From the NCBI GenBank assembly GCA_963668695.2, contig CAXXLQ010000004.1:3200001-3264000 (forward strand): 64,000 nt of DNA, written 5' to 3'. Of the stretch, positions 48,399-64,000 are shown in pieces; position 1 is the stretch's first letter, and the number at the start of each line of letters is the position of its first letter. A model generated the notes under the pieces. The model was not told the DNA's origin. It made no database searches and saw only the letters and a program-made list of their open reading frames with translations. This stretch comes from Vicinamibacteria bacterium. Its GTDB lineage: Bacteria > Acidobacteriota > Vicinamibacteria > Marinacidobacterales > Marinacidobacteraceae. A program made the position numbers and the translations under genes.

Positions 48399-51300
48399 TT
48401 GCCCCTCGTCGAGCGGTTTGTCGGCGCCGCCACCGGGCAGCGACCGCTGGTGCTGCTATTCGTCGTCGCGCTCGCGATCACCGGGGTCGCCGCGCTCTGG
48501 AACCTGCCGGTCGAGGCGTTTCCCGACCTCACCAACAACCAGGTCGTCGTCATCACCGAGGCGCCGAGCCTCGCGGCTCCCGAGGTCGAGCAACGGGTGT
48601 CCTACCCCATCGAGACGGCCCTCATGGGGGTGCCCGACGCGGAGGAAGTCCGGTCGGTCTCCAAGTTCGGGCTGTCGCTGGTCACCGTCGTCTTCGACGA
48701 CCGGGTGCCGATGTACCTCGCCCGGCAACTCGTGACCGAGCGGCTGACCGATGTCCGCGGGCGCATGCCTGCCGGGCTCGAACCCACCCTCGGTCCTCCC
48801 GCGACCGCCTTCGGCGAGATCTACCAGTACGTCGTCACCGGGGACGACCCGATGGCGAACAAGACGACGCACGACTGGGACGTGCGCAACCGGCTGCGGT
48901 CGGTGCCCGGTGTGAGCGAGATCAACTCGTGGGGCGGCCTGACCAAGCAGTTCCAGGTGGTCGTGCGGCCGGAAGCGCTCGAGGAGTACGACCTCAGCCT
49001 GCGCGAGGTCTTCCATGCCATCGGCGACAACAACCGGTCATTCAGCGGCGGGTTCATCGAGTACCGCGACGAGCGCTACACGGTGCGCGGCGTCGGCCTG
49101 CTCACCGGGGTTCGTGACCTCGAGCGGGTGGTGCTGCGGGCCGACGGCGGAGTCCCGGTGTTGCTCGCCGACGTCGGCGAGGTCGAGGTGTCGGCGATGC
49201 AGCGCAGCGGCGCCGTGACCCGAAACGGCGAGGGCGAGGTCACGAGCGGCATGGTGGTGATGCTGAAGGGCGAAAACGCCCTCGAAGTATCCGACCTGGT
49301 CAAGGCGCGGATCGATGAAATCCTGCCCGGCCTGCCGCCGGGGATGGGCATCGAGCCGTTCTACGACCAGAGCGAAGTCATCGACCGCACCTCCGCGACG
49401 GTTCGCCGGAACCTCATCGAGGGCTGCCTGCTGGTCATCCTGGTCCTGTTCATCTTCCTGCGCGACGTGCGGGCGGCGCTCATCGTCGCCGCGGTCATTC
49501 CGCTCTCCATGCTCGTCGGTTTCATGGGAATGCGGGTGTTCGGCATCTCGGCGAACCTGATGTCGCTCGGGGCCATCGACTTCGGCCTCATCGTGGACGG
49601 CGCGGTGGTGATGATGGAGAGTTTCGTGCGCCGCCGCGCCGCCGGCGGGGCGGACGGACCAACCCGCGAGGGGCGCATCGCACTGATCCGCGCCGCGGCG
49701 ATGGAGGTCGCCCGTCCGGTCCTCTTCGGGGTGCTGATCATCATCGCGGTCTATCTGCCGATCCTCACCCTCGAAGGCCTCGAGGGAAAGATGTTCCGGC
49801 CGATGGCCATCACGGTCTGCTCGGCGCTCTTCGGGTCGCTCCTCCTCTCGCTCACCGGGGTGCCGGTCGTCTCCTCCTTCCTGCTGAAGTTCGGCGGGGT
49901 CCACCGGGAGGCGTCGTGGTTCGTTCGCCTCCGCGAGCGGTACCTGTCGGTGCTGCGGGTCGCCATGGCCCGGAAGGCCGCGACGATCGGCGTCGCGACG
50001 GTCATCATCCTGACCGCCGTGGGGTCCATTCCCTTCCTCGGCACCGAGTTCATGCCGCGGCTCGACGAGGGGTCCATCCTCATCGAGACCCGGAAATTGC
50101 CGTCGGTGTCGCTCGAGGAGTCGGTCGAGATCTCGACGCGGGTCGAGCAGAAGCTGCTCGCCGAGTTCGCCGAGATCTCGGAGATCGTCACCAAGATGGG
50201 CCGGCCGGATCTCGCCACCGAGGCCATGGGCATCTACCAGGGGGACGCCTACGTGCGGCTCCACCCCGAGGACGAGTGGGAGAGCGGGCGCTCCAAGGAG
50301 GAACTCATCGACGCCATGGCGGCATCGCTCTCGGAGATTCCCGGCCTGTCGGTGAACTTCACCCAGCCGATGGCGATGCGGCTCGACGAGGTCGTTTCCG
50401 GCATCAAGGCGGACGTGGCGGTGAAGATCTTCGGGCCGGACGCCGCCGTGCTCGAGCGCCTGGGCGTCGAGGTGCTCCGGGTCATCGAGGAGGTGCCGGG
50501 GGCCGCCGACGCCCAGGTGGAGGTGCTCTCGGGAGCGGCGCAGCTCGAGGTCCGGATCGATCGGGACGCCCTCGCCCGCTACGGGCTGCACGTGGGTGAT
50601 GTGCAGGAGCTGGTGGAGACGGCGGTCGCCGGCCGTCAGGCCACCGAACTGCTCGAGGGCGCCCGCCGCTTTCCGGTGGTGCTGCGCTTCCCGCCCGAAA
50701 GCCGCACCGACGCGGCCGCGCTGGCGTCGCTTCCCATCGTCGGCCCGGGCGGCGAGCGGGTTCCGCTGGGCCGGGTCGCGGAGATCGTCGCCACGCCGAC
50801 GGCGGAAGCCATCAACCACGAGAACGGAGAGCGCCGGCTGGTGGTGCAGAACAACGTGCGGGGGCGCGACATCGGCAGCTTCGTTTCGGAGGCGCAGCGC
50901 CGGATCGGGGAGCGGGTGACGCTGCCGTCGGGGTACTACCTGACCTGGGGCGGGCAGTTCGAGAACCAGCAGCGGGCGATGTCCCGGCTCGGACTGGTAG
51001 TGCCGCTGTCCATCGCGATCATCTTCGGGCTGCTGTACGTCACTTTCCGGCGGGTGCGCTGGGCCTTGCTGATCCTGATGAACGTCCCGTTCGCCGCGGT
51101 GGGCGGGATCGCAGCGCTCTGGATCCGCGGCCTCACGCTCAACCTGTCGGCCTCGGTCGGCCTGATTGCGCTCTTCGGGATCGCGGTCCTGAACGGCATC
51201 GTGATGTTGGCGGCGATCCGGGCGCTCCGGGAGGACGAGGGACGAGGGCTCCGGGACGCCATCGTGGCTGGCGCCGGCTCCCGGCTGAAACCGGTGCTCA

Positions 51301-51506
51301 TGACCGCCACCGTGGCGTCCATCGGCTTCCTGCCGATGGCGCTCTCGCAGGGCGCCGGCGCCGAGGTTCAGCGCCCGCTGGCGACGGTGGTGATCGGGGG
51401 CATCGTCACCTCCACCCTGCTGACTCTCATCGTCCTGCCGACGCTCTACGAACGGATGGAGGAGTGGGTGGCGGCCCGAACCCGCCGGCCGGATTTCTCA
51501 TCCTGA
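48399..51506 (+). CDS. czcA: Heavy-metal RND efflux permease (CzcA/CusA family)
   Basis: EAFPDLT, GEIYQY, ANLMSLGAIDFGLIVDGAV, GIAVLNG and GAEVQRPLA motifs. Confidence 0.93.
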   Translation: MPLVERFVGAATGQRPLVLLFVVALAITGVAALWNLPVEAFPDLTNNQVVVITEAPSLAAPEVEQRVSYPIETALMGVPDAEEVRSVSKFGLSLVTVVFDDRVPMYLARQLVTERLTDVRGRMPAGLEPTLGPPATAFGEIYQYVVTGDDPMANKTTHDWDVRNRLRSVPGVSEINSWGGLTKQFQVVVRPEALEEYDLSLREVFHAIGDNNRSFSGGFIEYRDERYTVRGVGLLTGVRDLERVVLRADGGVPVLLADVGEVEVSAMQRSGAVTRNGEGEVTSGMVVMLKGENALEVSDLVKARIDEILPGLPPGMGIEPFYDQSEVIDRTSATVRRNLIEGCLLVILVLFIFLRDVRAALIVAAVIPLSMLVGFMGMRVFGISANLMSLGAIDFGLIVDGAVVMMESFVRRRAAGGADGPTREGRIALIRAAAMEVARPVLFGVLIIIAVYLPILTLEGLEGKMFRPMAITVCSALFGSLLLSLTGVPVVSSFLLKFGGVHREASWFVRLRERYLSVLRVAMARKAATIGVATVIILTAVGSIPFLGTEFMPRLDEGSILIETRKLPSVSLEESVEISTRVEQKLLAEFAEISEIVTKMGRPDLATEAMGIYQGDAYVRLHPEDEWESGRSKEELIDAMAASLSEIPGLSVNFTQPMAMRLDEVVSGIKADVAVKIFGPDAAVLERLGVEVLRVIEEVPGAADAQVEVLSGAAQLEVRIDRDALARYGLHVGDVQELVETAVAGRQATELLEGARRFPVVLRFPPESRTDAAALASLPIVGPGGERVPLGRVAEIVATPTAEAINHENGERRLVVQNNVRGRDIGSFVSEAQRRIGERVTLPSGYYLTWGGQFENQQRAMSRLGLVVPLSIAIIFGLLYVTFRRVRWALLILMNVPFAAVGGIAALWIRGLTLNLSASVGLIALFGIAVLNGIVMLAAIRALREDEGRGLRDAIVAGAGSRLKPVLMTATVASIGFLPMALSQGAGAEVQRPLATVVIGGIVTSTLLTLIVLPTLYERMEEWVAARTRRPDFSS

Positions 51507-51673
51507 CGGTCGCCGGAATGGTTCCCCCGGCCGCAAGCTGGTGACCATCCGAACCGTTCTTCGCGAAGCTCACACTCCGGCACGATGCGAGGATGGCAAC
51601 GGGGGGCGGTTCCGGCCGGGCGAACCTGCGCTGGCGCGGTTGGGGACGACCGCGTTTCCAGATTTCTTGACGG

Positions 51674-51691
51674 ATCATGATTTATCATGAT
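51674..51691. promoter_or_regulatory. Probable TA operator ATCATGAT-TT-ATCATGAT
   Basis: Two perfect 8-bp palindromes upstream of the antitoxin; degenerate copy at 45624-45640. Confidence 0.6.
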
Positions 51692-51718
51692 ATTCCTGTT
51701 CGTTCCAGGAACCGCCCC

Positions 51719-51946
51719 ATGCCTCCGACCCGCGAAAAGTTCGCCACCCAGGTGAACACCGAGACCCTGGCCCAGGTTCGCGAGATCGCGGCGAAAGAGG
51801 GTCGTCAACTCCAGGCGCTGGTGGACGAAGCGCTGGCCGACCTGGTGGAGAAGCGAAAGCAGGCTCGTCCGCGACGGCACGTCATGGGCGCCTATCTGGG
51901 CAGTCTGGACAAGCACGACGAGCTCTACAAGAAACTCGCGAAGTGA
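51719..51946 (+). CDS. RHH-like antitoxin, paralog 2
   Basis: 75-aa ORF whose stop overlaps the doc start (GTGA). Confidence 0.85.
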   Translation: MPPTREKFATQVNTETLAQVREIAAKEGRQLQALVDEALADLVEKRKQARPRRHVMGAYLGSLDKHDELYKKLAK

Positions 51947-52323
51947 GGGACTACCTCACCCTGGCCGAGGTTCTCGCCATCCTCGCCGACCAGGTCGAGC
52001 GCTACGGCGGCCTGCACGGCGTCCGGGATCCCGGTCTGCTGGAAGCGGCGCTCTATCGGCCTCAAACCGGTTACTACGCCGATCTCGTAGAAGAAGCCGC
52101 CGCCCTTTGGGAAAGCCTTTCCCAGAACCATCCGTTCCTCGATGGCAACAAGCGCACGGCGTTCGCCGCGATGTACACCTTTCTCGCAATCAACGGCGCG
52201 CACCTGGCGGCGAGCGCGGAGGATGTCTACAGCTTCGTCTCGGGGTTGTACGAAACGGGAACGTTCCGTTTCGACAATCTGGAGCCGTGGCTGCGGAGGA
52301 ATGTCAGCGAATCCCCGAAATGA
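51943..52323 (+). CDS. doc: Death-on-curing (Doc/Fic) toxin
   Basis: GVRDPGLLEAAL.RP and NHPFLDGNKRTA motifs. Confidence 0.93.
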   Translation: MRDYLTLAEVLAILADQVERYGGLHGVRDPGLLEAALYRPQTGYYADLVEEAAALWESLSQNHPFLDGNKRTAFAAMYTFLAINGAHLAASAEDVYSFVSGLYETGTFRFDNLEPWLRRNVSESPK

Positions 52324-52495
52324 CTCGGCGGCGCCCGGGTTGGTTGCGCCGGGGTAGGCAGGCGCGCTGTCGGCTCGGTGACGACGAGCGCTATCGATAT
52401 CCCCGGTCCTCCTGTATCCGGCGGTCACAGTCGCGGCAGAGGAGTCTTGTTCGCGTCGGGGGAGCCGATTGGCTAGCGCCGTTCGCGGCCCTGCC

Positions 52496-52610
52496 GGGCC
52501 GCGGTGCCGGTCTGAAGACCGGCGTTCCCGGGCCGGCGCGCCATCCCGATGTTTGGCATTCCGGCGGGTTTGCTTTTCACTGCAACTGCCTGGAGGTCGG
52601 TGTTCCCGGG
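52496..52610 (+). repeat. REP-like palindromes
   Basis: GCCGGTCTGAAGACCGGCGTTCCC at 52506 and a degenerate GCCTGGAGGTCGGTGTTCCC at 52588. Confidence 0.7.
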
Positions 52611-52723
52611 CCGGCGCGACCCGAGCCCATGGCGTCTCTTTCACCACAACTGCCCGGCGGTGCCGGCCCGGCTTCCGCGGCCGGTACCATTGGGCTTCCC
52701 CTTCGCGGGAGAGACCGCCTGCC

Positions 52724-53878
52724 ATGAAATGGAATCCCCTGCCCCCTCGCCTCGGAGGGGTGTTGTCCGCGCTGCTGATCGCCTTGCTGGCCGGGGCTGC
52801 CGCCGGTCAGACGAGCGCCGAGCGGAGCTACTTCGTCTACATCGCCGCCGAATCCGACGACACCGTGGATCTGGTCCGCTTCGGCCCGGACGGGGGTGAG
52901 CTCCTTCGCCGCATCCCGGTGGGCATCCTGCCGAACGAGATCGAAGGGCCCCACGGCGTGCGGGTGTCCCCCGACGGCCGGCACTGGTACGTCTCCATCG
53001 CCCACGGCATGCCCTACGGCAGCGTCCACAAGTTCGAGACCGGCACCGACCTCGAAGTCGCCGACACCACCGCCGGCCTCTTCCCCGCCACCATGGACAT
53101 CAGTCCGGCGACCGGCTTCCTCTTCGTCGTGAACTTCAACCTTCACGGGGACCACGTCCCTTCGAGCGTCTCGGTGATCGACACCGTTTCCATGACCGAG
53201 ATCGCGCAGATCGAACAGGGGGTGATGCCCCACGGATCGCGGCTCGGGACCGACGGAATGCTGGCCTACTCGGTCGCCATGATGAGCGCCGAGCTGTTCG
53301 AGATGGACACCATGACGTTCCGCCCCAGTCGGCGGCTGCGCCTGACCGGCGACAACGAGACCACGGTGGCGGTGATGGAGAACGATCCGCACGCGGGACA
53401 CGACATGAGTGCCGGGATGGAGGGCGGTATGAGCGCCGGCCCCGGCGCGAGCCCCACCTGGGTCCAGCCCGCCCCGGACGGCAAACACGCCTACGTGGCG
53501 CTCCAGGGACTGAACCAGGTGCTCGAGGTGGATCTGGAGGCCTGGGCGCCCAAGCGCCGCTTCCACACCCGGAAGGGCCCTTACAACATCGACGTCTCGG
53601 CGGACGGCAAGCACCTGGTGGTCACCGAGAAGACGAACCATTCCGTCGGCTTCTGGGATCTCGAGAGCGGAACCGAGCGGGCCTCGGTAGCGGCCTCCGC
53701 CCGCATCACCCACGGGGTGGTCATCACGCCCGACAGCCGCTTCGCCATCGTCACCGTGGAGGAAATCGGGGGTGAGCCCGGGCGGGTCGAGTTCTACAAC
53801 CTCGAGTCCCTGGAACGGGAGGCAGTCGTCGAAGTCGGAAAACAGGCCTCCGGCATCGCCTTTTGGAAGATGGAGTAG
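52724..53878 (+). CDS. YncE-like secreted beta-propeller protein
   Basis: Signal peptide; repeated PHG, SPDG, SVSVID and TPDS blade motifs; His/Met-rich insertion. Confidence 0.8.
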   Translation: MKWNPLPPRLGGVLSALLIALLAGAAAGQTSAERSYFVYIAAESDDTVDLVRFGPDGGELLRRIPVGILPNEIEGPHGVRVSPDGRHWYVSIAHGMPYGSVHKFETGTDLEVADTTAGLFPATMDISPATGFLFVVNFNLHGDHVPSSVSVIDTVSMTEIAQIEQGVMPHGSRLGTDGMLAYSVAMMSAELFEMDTMTFRPSRRLRLTGDNETTVAVMENDPHAGHDMSAGMEGGMSAGPGASPTWVQPAPDGKHAYVALQGLNQVLEVDLEAWAPKRRFHTRKGPYNIDVSADGKHLVVTEKTNHSVGFWDLESGTERASVAASARITHGVVITPDSRFAIVTVEEIGGEPGRVEFYNLESLEREAVVEVGKQASGIAFWKME

Positions 53879-53992
53879 CGGCGATCCTTCTGGACGCCGG
53901 GACGACGGCTTGCCCTTCGCGTCGCAGCCGCCTTACCGAGCACCTCGAATCCGCGGGTACGGCTGCACTCCGTGGGAAAGGAGAATTTAGGC

Positions 53993-55072
53993 ATGCCAAT
54001 CGAAGTCGGGGTATGGCGTCTGGGGAACGATCTGAAGCAGATTCCCTTCTCATCCTTGGACAGGGAGTCGAGGCTCGAGGAGGCGCTCGCCGAGGACATC
54101 TCGATCCTCTCGCCGGGACTGATGCTAGTGGGCCGTCAGATCCCAACGGCCTACGGGAAGTTCCTGGACATCCTGGCGATCGACGCCGAAGGGAACCTAC
54201 ACGTCATCGAACTAAAAAGAGACCGGACGCCGAGGGATGTAGTCGCGCAACTGCTTGACTACGCGTCCTGGGTGGAAAGCCTTTCCTACGACCAAATCGC
54301 TCAGATCTACTCCGAGAAGAACGGCGGCAACGAACTCGAGAAGGCATTCGCGGAGTCTTTCGGTGCCAGCCCGCCGGAAAAGCTCAACCAGAGCCACGAA
54401 CTAGTCGTTGTCGCCTCCGACCTCGATCCCAGCAGCGAACGAATCATCGGTTATCTGAGCGACAACTACGGCGTCCCGATCAACGCTGTGTTCTTTCGCT
54501 ACTTCGAGGACGCCGGCAAGAACTACCTCATTCGGACCTGGCTCGTCGACCCGAAGAAGGCGGAAGCCAGGGTCAGCGGTCCTGGCAAGTCGAAGCACCG
54601 CGAGCCATGGAACGGTCGCGACTTCTACGTATCGCTGGGTGACTCGCGCCACCGGACATGGGAGGACTGCATGAAGTATGGGTTTGTCTCGGGAGGAGGA
54701 GGCAAGTGGTACAGCCAGACTCTGGATCTCCTGTTTCCGGAAGCGCGGGTCTTCGTCAATATCCCGGGAACTGGTTATGTGGGCGTTGGCACAGTGAAAG
54801 GAAAGTCGGTCCCCATCACTGAATTCAAAGTGAAGCACAATGGCACCGAGGTTCCGGTTCTGGAAGCTCCGCTCAATGCCCCGGACTTGGCAGAGCACGC
54901 GCAAGAACCGGAGAATTACGAATTCTTCGTGCCGGTCGAATGGATCAAGACCGTACCCCGGGAGCAGGCCTACTGGGAAAAAGGCCTCTTCGCAATCCAG
55001 CACACCGCCTGCCGCCTCAGGAATCAATTCACGCTGGAGAGGCTCGTGCAGCACTTCGATCTCGACCAGTGA
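53993..55072 (+). CDS. NucS-like PD-(D/E)xK endonuclease domain protein with additional C-terminal domain
   Basis: E..LE...GRQ..T..G..LDILAID..G...VIELKR......VVAQLLDY; visibly lower GC than the flanks. Confidence 0.85.
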   Translation: MPIEVGVWRLGNDLKQIPFSSLDRESRLEEALAEDISILSPGLMLVGRQIPTAYGKFLDILAIDAEGNLHVIELKRDRTPRDVVAQLLDYASWVESLSYDQIAQIYSEKNGGNELEKAFAESFGASPPEKLNQSHELVVVASDLDPSSERIIGYLSDNYGVPINAVFFRYFEDAGKNYLIRTWLVDPKKAEARVSGPGKSKHREPWNGRDFYVSLGDSRHRTWEDCMKYGFVSGGGGKWYSQTLDLLFPEARVFVNIPGTGYVGVGTVKGKSVPITEFKVKHNGTEVPVLEAPLNAPDLAEHAQEPENYEFFVPVEWIKTVPREQAYWEKGLFAIQHTACRLRNQFTLERLVQHFDLDQ

Positions 55073-55215
55073 AAATCGTGACCTGTGACAACGAACTTGC
55101 GTGACAGCAATGAGAGCCAGGTCGTGTTAGGGCCAGCAGTGGTTGCGGCGGGCGGGGAAGCAGACCCCCAGAGGAAGCGCACCTGACGGACTCGAAAGGG
55201 GCCCTGCAGGGGCTC

Positions 55216-57275
55216 GTGCAAGATCGTGGAAAGCGGCTTGCAGGAACCAAGACGCCAGCACGTCTCGGACAATCCCTCGCGGTTAGACGTACGGTCGCCT
55301 TGGCCGCCATCTTCGCCACGAGTTGCGTAGGTTCCGACCAGGTGTCCACCGAGTCCGAAACCCCCGACTGGCCGGACCGCTACGCCGAGTACGACGCGGC
55401 CATCGGGGACGTCCCCGAGTACCGGGGGGTCCAGGCGCGCCTCGCCACCGGCTGGAATACCTGGGACAGCCGCAGCGTGCTGCGCTACGTGCTGCTGCCC
55501 GAGGGGCTCGCCGTGAACCTCGGCCTCAAGCGGCACGCGTTCCTCGATGAGAACCATCTCGAAGCGGCGCTCATCGGGCGGCGGGAAGAAGGCGCCGAAA
55601 CGGTGCGTCCCGGGATCCGCGCCGCGAACGGGTCCTACCAGCGGCTCGAAATCGCCTGGCGGGGCCTCTCGGCGGTGGTGGAGGCAGGACGCGACGAGGA
55701 CGGCGAGCTGGTGGTCCTGGTGACTCCGGAGCCCGCCTCCGACGCCGCCTCCGACGCCCCCTTCGAACTGGTGGTGAGCGCGGGGATGGCCTGGAATCGC
55801 CCCGGCTCGGTGGAATCGGCGCCGGACGGGCTCATCGCCCGGTTGCCGGACGGCGAGAAGGCGATTCGGGTCGCCGGAATCCTCGAGGCCGACCCCTATG
55901 CCGGCGGCCTGACGCCGCACCGGGTGGTGCGGCTCGGCGGGCCGGTTGGGGTGTTCACCGGCCGCCGGGGGGAACCGGCGAAGACAACCTCCGACATCCG
56001 CCGGACGCTCGACGCCCGGCGCCAAGAACTCGAAGCCCGCGCCGCGGAATTCGGGGAACTCGCGGAGGCGTGGCTCGCGGTGACTTCCGGGTTCGCCTGG
56101 AACACGGTGTACGAACCCCGCCACCGGCGGGTGGTCCCCACCGTGGGCCGTCTCTGGAACCGGGAGTACGGCGGCGTCGCGCTCTTCGGCTGGGACAACT
56201 TCTTCCTCGGCTACCTCGCCTCGCTCGAGAGCCGCGACCTGGCGCTCGCCGCCATCGTCGAACACCTGCGCGGCCACACCGCCGAGGGGTTCCTGCCGAA
56301 CGACAACCGGGGGAACGGCAGCAAGTCCTGGGACCGGTCCCAGCCGCCGGTGGGCGGGATCATGGTGCGCGAGGTGTACCGGCGCTTCCCCGAGCGCTGG
56401 TTCCTGGAAGCGGTTTTCGATCCCCTGCTCGCCTGGAACCGCTGGTGGCCGGAGGCCCGCGGCAACGGCGATCTCCTCTCCTACGGATCCCACGAGGCGA
56501 AGAACCCCTTCGCCGAGCCGGTGGCGCGGACGAAGACCGCCGCCGGCTACGAGTCCGGGATGGACGACTCGCCGATGTACGAAGACGTCCCCTTCAACCG
56601 CGAGCAAAACGTCCTCGAGCTCCAGGACGTCGGGCTGAACAGCCTCTATATCGCCGACTGCCGGGCGCTTGCCGAGATGGCGCGCCTCCTCGGGCGGGCG
56701 GCCGAGGCGGACGAGCTCGAAGCCCGGGCGGACGCCTTCGGCGCCGCGCTCGACACCCTCTGGGTCGAAGAGCGGGGCTACTACCTCAACTACCGCACCG
56801 ACCTGGAACGGCCCTCGGAGCGCCGCTCCCCCACCCTCTTCTACCCGCTCCTCGCGGGCGTGGCTTCCGAGGCGCGCGCCGGCCGCCTCATCCGGGAGCA
56901 CCTGCTCAACCCCGAGGAGTTCTGGGGCGAGTTCGTGCTCCCGTCCACGACGCGCGACGACCCCTCCTTCGCCCGCCAGCGCTACTGGAAAGGCGCGATC
57001 TGGCCGCCGCTCAACTTCCTCACCTACCTGGGGCTCCGGCGCGCCGGCGACCGGGCGACCGCGGCCGAGCTTTCGGCGCGTTCTCTCGATATGTTTCTCC
57101 GGGAGTGGCGGCGGAAGGGTTACGTGAGCGAAAACATCTCCTCGATCTCCGGAACCGGGGACGACGAGCGACTTTCGAGCGATCCCTTCCACTCGTGGGG
57201 CGCGCTCTTCGGGATCATGGCGTTCATCGAGTCCGGCCACCTCGGCTCCCCCGAAGCCCCGCTCCCCGGCATCCG

Positions 57276-57279
<4 letters not shown>
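55216..57279 (+). CDS. MGH1/GH63-like glycoside hydrolase
   Basis: LFGWDNFF, RSQPPVG, YESGMDDSPMY, LNSLY, YWKGAIWPPLN and SEN motifs; start uncertain. Confidence 0.85.
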
Positions 57280-63880
<6,601 letters not shown>

Positions 63881-63889
63881 ACAGGGACC

Positions 63890-63998
63890 GCCGGTCTCGG
63901 GACCGGCATCGTGCATCGCTGACAGAGAAAAAGCGCGGGGACGGCTTGGAACGCCGACCTCTGGCCAGTTCTCCCGGTGGGGGCCGGCACCGCGGCCC
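63890..63998. repeat. REP-like palindromes, the second carrying the tag
   Basis: GCCGGTCTCGGGACCGGC at 63890. 63948-63998 matches the reverse complement of the 52.5-kb REP, with the tag at 63963-63984. Confidence 0.75.
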
Positions 63999-64000
63999 GC

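Noticed and set aside
52324-52480. Possible RAYT transposase remnant next to REP-like palindromes
   Set aside because: Only a weak YPRSS-like resemblance; no HUH motif seen.

Overview
High-GC bacterial chromosomal window, probably Acidobacteriota (inferred from an ADOP-type permease, a TatT-TRAP transporter and many lipoproteins). Housekeeping genes (mrdA-mreD-mreC-mreB, SurA/PpiD, moeA-moaC-larE, tatA, nnr, tsaE, etfBA, fumC) alternate with accessory blocks: a xanthine-dehydrogenase-family oxidoreductase, glycoside hydrolases, galM, a TonB receptor and a GH2 enzyme, a CzcCBA-like efflux pump, three toxin-antitoxin loci, an Mre11/Rad50-like (YhaO/YhaN) pair and a NucS-domain nuclease. The most unusual signals are non-coding. 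(1) A ~180-bp TA-flanked MITE-like repeat occurs at six loci, nests inside itself, abuts stop codons and sits in frame in the galM signal peptide. (2) A non-palindromic tag (GGCCAGTTCTCCCGGTGGGGGC, net +18/19 nt) is inserted in both orientations at several positions of that repeat and in a second, unrelated REP-like family. (3) Three 5.6-6.05 kb cargo blocks are each bracketed by diverged direct duplicates of host gene fragments, with no integrase visible. Several frameshifts may be assembly indels. I saw no rRNA, tRNA or CRISPR array. All assignments are by eye; no database searches were run.
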